Part shown: in pieces, positions 37,101 to 45,030 of the stretch
Layout: every line of letters begins with the position of its first letter
How positions within the stretch are numbered: the first letter of the stretch is position 1
Source: a virus
Lineage: Duplodnaviria; Caudoviricetes
Virus record (IMG/VR): IMGVR_UViG_3300028888_000005
Span: 36,590 to 100,589 of that record
Reading direction: 5' to 3' (one strand)
DNA: 64,000 bases
Program-made: the position numbers and the translations under genes
The notes under the pieces: model-generated
Seen by the model: the letters and a program-made list of their open reading frames with translations, nothing else
Database searches by the model: none
Told to the model about the DNA's origin: nothing

Positions 37101-40100
37101 AGGTATTATCGCTGCGTGGGCTAAAGGCCGTGACAACTACACAGCCAAAGACATTCAGAATGCGAAGAACATGATGCAAGCGCTGATGTCTCTGCGTAAG
37201 TTCATGCTTCCTGTGAAAGCCACTAAGAATACAATCAACGAGCTCAAGCAAGAGATGCGCAGTAAGCTTGTTGTGGAAAGGCAGACAGAGAACGGCACTG
37301 AATTTGACATGAATGACCAGTACATCTATGGCGTGGATGTGAACTTCGAGTGCTTCCAGGTACGACAGAGTAACCACTTCTATGAGTCTACCATTCATAT
37401 GGGTTCTCAGGCATCGTTCCTGTTGCCGTCAGGTATCAACCTTGATAGAGCAGAGATTAATGGCTACGATGTTGAAATCAACGGAACCAAAAAGAAAGTA
37501 TCAGGTACTGATTTATACACTAAATACAATCAGGTCCTGGCCGCTAGGCTTGTAGTCGGTGTGCTTAAGCTACGTGAACTGTTCGGCACTGATAAGAAGG
37601 CGCTAAAAGCGTTACAGAAGCGTATCGTAAATATTGCGCAGAACAATCCTAAGTATGGCCCTGATGTTGTGCAGGCAGTACAGATTGTCATCGACAAGGT
37701 AGGAGATACCGATGGAATACCTCGCTTCAGTACGCCACTTGGTAGTGTTGCTGTACTGTATAAGGTATCTGACTTGCTAACATCCTTTGTGCGTGCAGAA
37801 ACACATAGAAGTAAAGTGAACGGAGGTGTAGCTATCATCGAAGGTGATGTAGGCTATGATGATAACCTGCATATCGTACGTGACAATGGTAAGATTGTCG
37901 GCATTGAGTGCTATCTGCCGCCGCATACGCGTGCTATCATTGAGAAGTGTCTGGTTGAAAAGACCATTACTGACAATGGACAGAAACGCAAGGTTAAGGT
38001 ACTTGACGTTAACAAGCTGAAAGAGATTGGTGCCGATAAGCTGATCGGTTATCGTATCCCTACTGAGGAATACCACTCTATGCTTCCTCTGATTGTAAAG
38101 GATTTCTTTCCGTCATACCGTGGCGGTTCAGTTGTAGTAGCCGGTGAGATTACCACACTGACTGGTGGTGATAACGACGTTGATAAACTGTTCCTCATGG
38201 TTAAGAACTTAGCCAAGGACGCTGAAGGAAACCTTAAGCCAGTTGAATACGATTGGGATACACCGCTAAGCGAACAGATTAAGAACCTTGATGTCAACGA
38301 CAAGAAAGCGCTGAAGACATTCATGGCTCAGCTTGAGAACATGTATATCGATATGTCTCTTGCATTGCTGACAGACAAAGAGAATGAGTCCCGCTTCCTG
38401 TCACCTCAGAATCCCGACAAGTTCAAGGTGGCTAGTAATAGGGTTGCCTACCTTACGCTTCCTGCTGACATGAAGATGCGTATTAGGCGCACTGATATGA
38501 AAGCTGTATGGGCTCCAGATGATCCTAATTGGGACAATACTGATTACTATCTACCGAGTGACGGTAGAAACCTAGACGATGCGTCTATTAAGGCACACCT
38601 CGATAGGATAGCTTCCTATCCTGTGCAGAGTTTGCGCTCAATTACTCACTATAACCAACAGTATGCTTTGGCGGATAGCGGTGTGGCTATCGGTGCAAAC
38701 CGTCTGTCCATTGCCACTAAGATACGCACTGGTCTTAATGTAGTGAAGGGCACAAACTATCCAGGAATGGAAATCACCAAAGGTAAGAACATGGGAACTA
38801 GTGGCTTACGTTGGGGAAAAGATGACGGCGGAAGTGGAACACCATTACTATACGCAGCGGAAGTCGATGAGGAGAACAACAGCGTACAGGACAACATGAC
38901 TGACTTCATCGCAGCCATTGTGGATAGTGCTAAAAGCCCGTGGGCCATTAACGCAGGACTGACACCAGATAACGCTGATTTTGCAGCATTCCTACTGATG
39001 TGTGGCTTCTCAAAAGATGCCATGTGTTATGTGATGAAGATCCTGAATAGGAATCCTAACTTCATGGCCAGATTTGGAAAGCTACGCAAAGAGTTAATCG
39101 GTGAAGGAAAGCCGTATGCAGATGACCAAGACTTAGGCTACTTGAATAAGGATAAGTTCCCTGATGCACTGCTTTGCGGTGTGAGCAGACCGGCGCTTTT
39201 GAAGAAAGAAACACTTGAGAAAGATGCGGACCTTATGGCTCTGTGTAATGTGCTTTATAATTTACAGCAAGTCTACAAGTCAATGCGACCCTGGGAGAAG
39301 ACGTTAGGCTTTAACAGCGCCAAGAACGGACTGAGTAATGAACCAGCCTCGGCACTCCTTGCAATTATGCAGGTAACTGACGTGAACGAGAAGGTTATGG
39401 CAGATAAGCTCCCAGTAGCAATACCACATGAACTGGCACTGAAAAACGGTCTGACATGGGAAGAGATTGTTGAAGGCAAAGCAGGAGATGACAGGCTCGG
39501 TATGTGGCTGTCTCAGATGTATTATACGTTAGGTGTAGAGTCGTTCATGGATGTGATGAATGGTAAACTATTCTACGCTAACCCAGCCTTCTTTAAGATT
39601 GTGCTTCAGTTTAAGGATACGATTAACTCGATGTCCAAGGAAGACGCGATTAAGTTCATCAGACATCTGCATGATAACTTCGCCGCTTACTATCTCAGCG
39701 ACATGAAGATGGTCACCGAGACCGTTAACGATGCTGGTGAGACTGAGAAGAAAGGCTTTACTGAGATGCGTAACTACTATAGGTACAAGTATCCGAGACT
39801 CGTACAAAGTGGTAGAGCATTTGACCGCAAGGGATTGGCAAGCAAATATCCCATCATCCGTGCCATTGACTTCAAGGACGGCAAGATGTTCATCAATCAG
39901 GAACTTGTACGTAATGAAGCTACAGCCGCTGCCGTCAAGAGCTCCTTGGTTAAGATGGCATACAGTCCGATAGCATCGGAGCGCAGGATAGCCAGGGATC
40001 TGTTCCTGTACTCGTTCTTCACCGACGGTCTGAGGTTTGGCTTTGGCTCCGTATCTAATTCATTTACGGCTGCGTTTCTTGCTTCTCCCGCCTTCAAGGA

Positions 40101-43100
40101 GTACAACATGGGTGTATTTAACATGGTGAACGCACAGATTAGCGGTAAGGATATGCGCAGGTTCTGCGAACAGTTTGTTAGGGCTCATTACAAAAAGTAT
40201 CAGTTTGGCCCTCTGTTCCGTATGGTATGTGCTCCGTATAACGCAGAGAAACCAGACGAGGCTGTTAAGGAAGAGACACTGGCTAACAACGTGTATGACG
40301 AGGTTACTCCTCAGGAAGTGGCAAGGCTTGAGAAGTGGTTATCTAATCCAGCGTCTAACGGTGTGCTTCCATTAACTAAACCGACTGAGAATGTACTGGA
40401 TAAACACGGAAGAGTAGCATTGCGTGCAGACGGTGACTATCCGTCACAGCTTGTATCACGACTTGCTAAGAAAGAGGACGGTTTCATCTTCCGTGTACAG
40501 GAGTCTTACGAGGTGTATAACCAAGGTCTGTTCATGCTGAGGAAGTTTGATGACCAGATGTATATAGTTAAGCTGAACGACATGGCTTCACGTGACTCAT
40601 GGTTCTGCCGTGATATGACCATTGAGGAACAAGCCGCAAAAGACTGCTCTGGTAATCCTCTCGTAGGCAGAGTCGGTGATTGGGACCGAGTAGCCCAAGG
40701 CAGAAAGATGGTTGAGGAAGAACAGAAACGTCCACGCTGTCTTAAGGGTATCCCAGAAAAGCCGTGGTGGGCTAAGTATGGATCTGAGGATGCTGTTGAG
40801 AACGGCGGAGACGAGGAAGCGCCTGGTGCAGATGATGATATGCCCGAAGACGAGGGAATGTGGCCAGAAGACGAGGACTCATTCACCGAAGAAAGCTGGG
40901 GCGATGAGACTATGGACGGCGATGAAGAGGAAATCACGTTTGAGTATGTTCCTCGCAGAGGTGATAAGACACGTGAGATTAACCTCAATAACTTTGCTGG
41001 ACTTACCGCACCAGAAGGTGAAGAAGAAAACAAAAGCCAGGACACTGATGATGATACTGACGGTTGGACAGAAACAGGTGAAACTGTACGCTTTATGATG
41101 GACTCAGATGATGTGTCAGAACGTAAGAAGCAATGGAAGGAAAAGTACCATGCCGTAGATGGATTCACAGACAGGAAAGAAGCCATTACAGCTGCATACA
41201 GAATCAACAAAGATACTGAGCAGACTGAGTTCATAGCCACTGTGCAGAGAGCACCCAGAGGTGATAAGTACATCGTGATACTGAGTGATATAAACAACGA
41301 GAGTAAGCAGCGTGTATGGAGGAACCAGTATGGTGTCAGCGTAATGACAGGCACACAAGGCATCAACTCTGTTGTTGGCGCAGTAGGCAATCGTGAGGTA
41401 AACATGGTTGAGGACGATGGCAGTACTATCGATGATTACAATGAAGAGGTGAACGACCTTATTGATATCCTTGAGGCGGTGTTGTCTGGTGAGCCATTGC
41501 AGCCAATGAGTGCCAAGGCTTCACTTGACATTGCACGTAAGATATACAATGTAGGTGACCGAATGGTTGCGCTGAGAGACACGCTGTGGTACATGATGAA
41601 GAACGGAGCGGCTGGTCACTCTGGTACAGATATTATCCGAACCATTATGCCTAGAGATGCTGATGTGATTATTGATATGGTGAACAACTCATCTGAGCGC
41701 AACGACGAAGCAGTACAGCGAATGATTGCAGCCATTCTTGAACTTGGTCCAAGTGCGGAGACAGCGTTCAGTGACATGGGAATAACGACATATAATCCCG
41801 CATGGATTGACGGTGCTGTGCGTGATGCATTCTCTGTCCTTCCTGTTGAAGATGCAATCATCCAGTTGCAGGAAGTTAAGCGCAGGGCTTCAGTTGAAGA
41901 ACGAAACACAAGGACGACAGAAGAGCGTAGACGTGCCCAGCAGTTCCACGATGAGGTAAACCGTGGTGTGACCGTTGCCACTAAACTAAGAGCAATCCTA
42001 GAGACAGCGGTCATCAACGAGGAGAGACTAAGCAAGATGTCAGTTGAGCAGCATGTAAGTGTAGACACAGTACATAGCATCAATAGTCGTGTGTCACTGC
42101 TCGATGGCATCCTTAAGAACGGCACAATAGGTATCCGTGACATTGCTTCATATCTTATGGCTGTAGCACAGGAATATAAGAACTGGGAACCGTTTATGAC
42201 ATCACTTGGTGACGGCTCAAATGACTGGCCAAAGCAGCGCCAGGTTGATGCATTGGCACGAGTATTGACTATTCTACGTGCACATGAGGAGACCATTGGT
42301 GAGCTAAAAGAATTGATAGCCGGTGACCAGACACATACACTTAGTGCAGGGGACAAAAAGGCTCTGAATGATTTGGTGAACACCATTGATGCTATGCACA
42401 AGATGATGCAGGATGTATTCGACGAGCACGCTGGTGATGTGTTTATTGGCTTTGTTGAAGAGTTCGCGGGTAAGCTTCCACAATTCTACAGAGATGGGCA
42501 CCGAATGACATGGAAGCAACTCATGGAAGCTATGGACGGTGATATCAGTTGGCTTGACATGAGAGCAAGGTCAATGGGTGAAACCAATGACCCTGTTGGT
42601 CAAATCTTCGACAGGATAGTAAAGCTTGCCAAGGATCAGGTACGAGAAAAGGTAATCAAGCGCGTGCAGGGTGAGATACGTGACCTGAATCAAATGATTC
42701 TTGATAAAGGCATCAGTGACTTCGAGTTCGCTTTTGAACATGATGAGAACAGCAAGAAGACGGGCTACTATCTGAGTAAACTGAACTGGGGTGCATTCGC
42801 CAAGGAACGTGATGAGCAGAAGCGTAAGTTTGACGAGGCTGACACGAAGTACAGGAACGGGGAAATATCCGAGGATGAGTATAAAGCAGCTAAGGATGCA
42901 TGGGATGCGTGGAAAAGTGCTAATGCCATCGAGGATGAGCAGATGCACACATTGTCACCGGCTGACATTGACAAATGGAGAAACCCTGAATGGGTACGTC
43001 TTCGTGACAATGAGCCTGATAAGTTCGCTATCCTACAAAAGTTCACCAAGATTAAAGAGGACCTGGACAAGAACCTCGGCAGACAGACTGTGCATGAGCG

Positions 43101-44925
43101 CTGTATCCAAAGACGTATGACATCGGAGCAACGATTCAGGGCCAACTTCACATTGAATCCTAAGCAGCTGTGGGACAACATAACCCAGCAGCTAGCAGCT
43201 GACTACATCGTCAAAGAGGATGACTACATGGAAGCAGGAGAAGCTTCGGGCACATTAGACTTCCAAGGTAATGAGCGTCTGGTTATACCTGCGCCATATA
43301 TAAGAATGCTCAAGAACCCAGAGGAGCTCAGTACGGACATTGTAGGCTGCCTTGTGGCTTATGCCTATGCGACAGAGAACTACAAGGGTATGCGCGGCAT
43401 CGCTAACCCGCTTGAGGTGGCATTTGAGGCTGTAGTATCAAACAAGGTACAGACTCAGTACAGAGGTAACCGTCCTGTGGTTGAACGTTACAGGTCAGGA
43501 AGAAAGTCAAAGGCTGTGGTTAAAGAAAGCAGGTTATTGCAGAAGATGCGTAGCTTCATGGACACCCAGTTATACATGAGGTACATCCAGGATGAGGATG
43601 ATATTGTGACATTCTTCGGCACTCAGTTCCGTAAGTCTAAAGCGGTTAACGGGTTCCTGCGCATCTCAGCTGTGACTAAGCTTGGTTTTAACTGGCTTGT
43701 GGACCTTGCAAGTCTTGCTAACGGCATCTTCCAAACCAACATCGAAGCTGCTGCTAGACGCTATTTCAGCGGCACAGCACTACGTAACGCAGACGCTGTG
43801 TACTGGAAAGAATTACCATCATTTGTGGCTGACCTGGCTAATCCCATTAAGCAAAGCAGACTTGCGCTGATCAGTGAGAAGCTGAATATCATGCAGAACT
43901 TTGACGTGAAGGTCTACAATAACAGGCGCAACAATACTGTGGCTAAGATATTCAACACTCAGGTAGCGTTTATGGGCACCACATGCGGTAATCATTGGTT
44001 GTATCATCGTGTTGCCATAGCCCGTATGCTAAGCACTAAAGTGATTGTAGACGGAGTTGAGACAAACCTATGGGATGCGTTTGAGGTTGTAGACCTGCCA
44101 AACGGAGGAAAGGAAGCAAGGATAAAAGCAGGCGCAAAGCTTGAAGACGGAACCGCTATCGACGGCAAGTGGTTGTCTGAGTTTGGCAGGGAAACGGACC
44201 ATATCAATCATCAGCTCATCGGTATCTATAACCGTGATGACATGAACATGGCGCAGAAGATCAGCTGGATGCGTTTGTTGCAGGCATTCCGTAAACACAT
44301 CGTACCACAGATGGACAGGCGCTGGAGAGCCAAGCACATGAACGAGTTCGGTAAAGAGGAAGAAGGCTTCTACCGTACATTATTATCCTATCTGCAAGCG
44401 GTTAAGTCTGCTCAGTTTAAGTTCCTTGCTGTATACGATGAACTCAGCGAGGAGGACAAACAGAATGTGCGTGCAGCAATAACCGACATCGTTCAGTGGG
44501 GCTCACTGATACTGCTCACTACACTTGCGTCAATGATTGGTGACGATGACGATGATGACGATAAGGAAGCGTGGCTGATGAAGATATGTAAGTATCTGTT
44601 GGCACGTGAGAAGCACGAGCTGGGTAGTATGTTCAATCCTCTGGACTTTGGTGACGAGGTTGTGAACACACTGGACCAGCCATTCATGGGCACCAGTGTA
44701 CTGGCTGACGTGTTTAACTTCACTAAGACTGTGGTTACTCCGTGGACGTGGGGAGACACGGTTAATGCAGGACCATTCCAAGGACAGTCAGAGCTGGAAA
44801 TGCGTTTCCGTAAACTTCCTATTCCTATCTTGTCCTACTATAGGAACATTGACAAATCGCTGCATGGGGTGGATAACTCTACGTGGTTCTATAACCGTGG
44901 TTATGTTGGCGGAACGGCCAGATAA
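31144..44925 (+). CDS. Giant virion-associated DNA-dependent RNA polymerase (crAss/phi14:2 gp66-like) with a fused C-terminal helical region
   Basis: IGYRIPTE...GEITTLTGGDNDVDKLF catalytic DxDxD at 38170-38184; IVDSAK; about 4590 aa from the ATG at 31144. Confidence 0.9.
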   Translation: MAETFCTQIRDDELEPIVDRWLEDLDSNDEKQDILNFPGTLPRGSSLLGKGKDKIMKYFGEVIRSHSTDKANPTMPKNVNQMTSWIKTYQSKQKDQAQREAEGKNGSILISDTTEDMTEITGILDQPLAVTSSGSYKGSVRKNIADLVRTKLEEQWPGDYESFMQSKEMQDIVKAFSSGDYNLSLNDLMAIIIVASGVNKDGNPQLTAKQVKQILNGNGVGLIHGKYNNYALANPGITEFERTVMQTLVSLYAAKNPKFLTDLQSTGDKTIKASSGASRQYKLLANALRMVRSKSEPVMVNDPDNMALGPWAHIPFIPNDSFFNKISRIVNASLARKGKAPITDLAQKLRTDYDYAQASNSDFEGFYSPYSLLLALQEYIAADGIVVNFMDKAANQATNLDTERDSNGEYTGLLDAQAVTEILDEGYKEALDPSKSGFAVDSVRQAMIRSGINELQDSDEEDGYRRELVQVVTKYRNKVLAQEASFQDETAGDMLLDEVELSEQGERFRKLTTRICEARFDPNRLREHTDCIAANLLKFAETQRYYMVYENNETIATKEADIERMKARLAKIEADESRTEEDEQAVAKTREKLERWERDIQKLKQENEALRGEHTWRRAALKKCMYTQRDKDGHVIFKGAIDYAIGKAMDTPAKQEGETDEHYEGRKQEVAQIGAMRDQLLCRAFMKLEMMTGIHIILNSQNEFEVADDETEVQIQDNQNENDEYSGEVRSKDMMDFDTEQDPVAHLTQNVKAEFALIPMVDANNQPLLDSMGREQYYDVQHIYISMLSMHNRKITEASDFMVKIKPEEYAEKLTAKKRNARIYPSLYDEEGDRYEYQGRETKHMRTLEQAFPDGFPTFPVLEANRGRYPWIDQLIYKLECSYMQRTENQDDVDALTKTALITDIAAALSYDYEVRAMYRESPGGHSNKVFLTNRVADVEGLRAMQRMNYFNRIMLSETSVYNSDGSVNEKNVRRLRARLADLPSAESVPYDDKWTPAKYAKELVSILNSFGISADINAITAELKSVGNVDGLVRMSKLVSATDTLAAYLIGEQGSWPNGVPMDDIYAERGGAWNRFYDSVGFYVNAEFFPITTSEAGVTRQNMIAKNTFMKIRDIITYNHEELRITPESHKAHRKKLLDERRKKIDKHFKASLWDETTGRYRNELLQQLYDGKDVEFRQADGTDKWAENSTRISNIAGSMMLSAMDEKKKEQFSPTDMLAVQLSAFLRHLESPTTNGSAMFSFPILADAPVLQFTSGKVRSEDECIDTMVRFTEDELDRIEHNTMLKRDWARVQALSAEPQKYNGKRYYDAADKEWKDVPTEDKWMWKRDVLIGKYLAAVKEGDTEKADKYRNQLEALSQQHLVEAKKEQNNEKIWTVDEAIKLYQDLARYIPASTMFTREMQLCQIPELNVMRMKLNTIVDRVAERMAARESTEAGKEATIMETTVYLGELFKRYKDDDKFTMRGMLDAVPMEDSDMRREIIRAYVAEAMEREYKRYLGDKELQITEPHSRHKELANLNRLESVLQGTVDFNGERWELVAANMAGEIDIDGDPISTWKLRSLDNPERVIALTDKQIQYYESREAGILLGSSTFKGDDNTYNVNTIRNFRPRFSNHEQLWGILKHVVGKQKKPGTNQNYTQDDVHDAVRSMLYNTFAHNTEMMQIMGIDPSQFNGEDDVTKRLKGLHSNGTTLFSGAEIGFDVDYQIIVDDDEGRVSDDLPNVAEKIFADRKIRTDDAVDRITAWTKMNATNAQGHTTLEGHRAKCAMGGSSNYDSQKEKNYQDLKNNGDRHLGRDYNPYAQGETTKPMDFAMINDTDPYGRTVRRCYYGKNSEAPMVTRFGDANVSAQLMAIDQFATETEFSGKRKITTVQRPSGVKSAKKGVLKLHYLKSRVGALAALAKGEITPEQFKKKYQKELGDAVKLDTNLIKFFGDFVAAMADLYGVNLDYLTFEDVDKFIRADKAKAAQGRKKLPKFSDLEFNGLEGIIAAWAKGRDNYTAKDIQNAKNMMQALMSLRKFMLPVKATKNTINELKQEMRSKLVVERQTENGTEFDMNDQYIYGVDVNFECFQVRQSNHFYESTIHMGSQASFLLPSGINLDRAEINGYDVEINGTKKKVSGTDLYTKYNQVLAARLVVGVLKLRELFGTDKKALKALQKRIVNIAQNNPKYGPDVVQAVQIVIDKVGDTDGIPRFSTPLGSVAVLYKVSDLLTSFVRAETHRSKVNGGVAIIEGDVGYDDNLHIVRDNGKIVGIECYLPPHTRAIIEKCLVEKTITDNGQKRKVKVLDVNKLKEIGADKLIGYRIPTEEYHSMLPLIVKDFFPSYRGGSVVVAGEITTLTGGDNDVDKLFLMVKNLAKDAEGNLKPVEYDWDTPLSEQIKNLDVNDKKALKTFMAQLENMYIDMSLALLTDKENESRFLSPQNPDKFKVASNRVAYLTLPADMKMRIRRTDMKAVWAPDDPNWDNTDYYLPSDGRNLDDASIKAHLDRIASYPVQSLRSITHYNQQYALADSGVAIGANRLSIATKIRTGLNVVKGTNYPGMEITKGKNMGTSGLRWGKDDGGSGTPLLYAAEVDEENNSVQDNMTDFIAAIVDSAKSPWAINAGLTPDNADFAAFLLMCGFSKDAMCYVMKILNRNPNFMARFGKLRKELIGEGKPYADDQDLGYLNKDKFPDALLCGVSRPALLKKETLEKDADLMALCNVLYNLQQVYKSMRPWEKTLGFNSAKNGLSNEPASALLAIMQVTDVNEKVMADKLPVAIPHELALKNGLTWEEIVEGKAGDDRLGMWLSQMYYTLGVESFMDVMNGKLFYANPAFFKIVLQFKDTINSMSKEDAIKFIRHLHDNFAAYYLSDMKMVTETVNDAGETEKKGFTEMRNYYRYKYPRLVQSGRAFDRKGLASKYPIIRAIDFKDGKMFINQELVRNEATAAAVKSSLVKMAYSPIASERRIARDLFLYSFFTDGLRFGFGSVSNSFTAAFLASPAFKEYNMGVFNMVNAQISGKDMRRFCEQFVRAHYKKYQFGPLFRMVCAPYNAEKPDEAVKEETLANNVYDEVTPQEVARLEKWLSNPASNGVLPLTKPTENVLDKHGRVALRADGDYPSQLVSRLAKKEDGFIFRVQESYEVYNQGLFMLRKFDDQMYIVKLNDMASRDSWFCRDMTIEEQAAKDCSGNPLVGRVGDWDRVAQGRKMVEEEQKRPRCLKGIPEKPWWAKYGSEDAVENGGDEEAPGADDDMPEDEGMWPEDEDSFTEESWGDETMDGDEEEITFEYVPRRGDKTREINLNNFAGLTAPEGEEENKSQDTDDDTDGWTETGETVRFMMDSDDVSERKKQWKEKYHAVDGFTDRKEAITAAYRINKDTEQTEFIATVQRAPRGDKYIVILSDINNESKQRVWRNQYGVSVMTGTQGINSVVGAVGNREVNMVEDDGSTIDDYNEEVNDLIDILEAVLSGEPLQPMSAKASLDIARKIYNVGDRMVALRDTLWYMMKNGAAGHSGTDIIRTIMPRDADVIIDMVNNSSERNDEAVQRMIAAILELGPSAETAFSDMGITTYNPAWIDGAVRDAFSVLPVEDAIIQLQEVKRRASVEERNTRTTEERRRAQQFHDEVNRGVTVATKLRAILETAVINEERLSKMSVEQHVSVDTVHSINSRVSLLDGILKNGTIGIRDIASYLMAVAQEYKNWEPFMTSLGDGSNDWPKQRQVDALARVLTILRAHEETIGELKELIAGDQTHTLSAGDKKALNDLVNTIDAMHKMMQDVFDEHAGDVFIGFVEEFAGKLPQFYRDGHRMTWKQLMEAMDGDISWLDMRARSMGETNDPVGQIFDRIVKLAKDQVREKVIKRVQGEIRDLNQMILDKGISDFEFAFEHDENSKKTGYYLSKLNWGAFAKERDEQKRKFDEADTKYRNGEISEDEYKAAKDAWDAWKSANAIEDEQMHTLSPADIDKWRNPEWVRLRDNEPDKFAILQKFTKIKEDLDKNLGRQTVHERCIQRRMTSEQRFRANFTLNPKQLWDNITQQLAADYIVKEDDYMEAGEASGTLDFQGNERLVIPAPYIRMLKNPEELSTDIVGCLVAYAYATENYKGMRGIANPLEVAFEAVVSNKVQTQYRGNRPVVERYRSGRKSKAVVKESRLLQKMRSFMDTQLYMRYIQDEDDIVTFFGTQFRKSKAVNGFLRISAVTKLGFNWLVDLASLANGIFQTNIEAAARRYFSGTALRNADAVYWKELPSFVADLANPIKQSRLALISEKLNIMQNFDVKVYNNRRNNTVAKIFNTQVAFMGTTCGNHWLYHRVAIARMLSTKVIVDGVETNLWDAFEVVDLPNGGKEARIKAGAKLEDGTAIDGKWLSEFGRETDHINHQLIGIYNRDDMNMAQKISWMRLLQAFRKHIVPQMDRRWRAKHMNEFGKEEEGFYRTLLSYLQAVKSAQFKFLAVYDELSEEDKQNVRAAITDIVQWGSLILLTTLASMIGDDDDDDDKEAWLMKICKYLLAREKHELGSMFNPLDFGDEVVNTLDQPFMGTSVLADVFNFTKTVVTPWTWGDTVNAGPFQGQSELEMRFRKLPIPILSYYRNIDKSLHGVDNSTWFYNRGYVGGTAR

Positions 44926-44962
44926 GTTACATTGAGGTAAGTTACATAAAGGTAATATAGAC

Positions 44963-45030
44963 GAACCAGGGACTTCATCACGAGGCCCCTGGTTCTGCTC
45001 CAAAACTAATTGATATGAAAAAGTATTACA
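44963..45030 (-). terminator. Terminator between convergent genes; putative 3'UTR-derived sRNA D
   Basis: Minus strand uacuuuuucauaucaauuaguuuugg, then GAACCAGGGGCCUC-GUGAU-GAAGUCCCUGGUUC. Confidence 0.6.

Noticed and set aside
30988-45026. Invertible (phase-variable) RNAP segment
   Set aside because: No inverted repeats found by eye at the two boundaries
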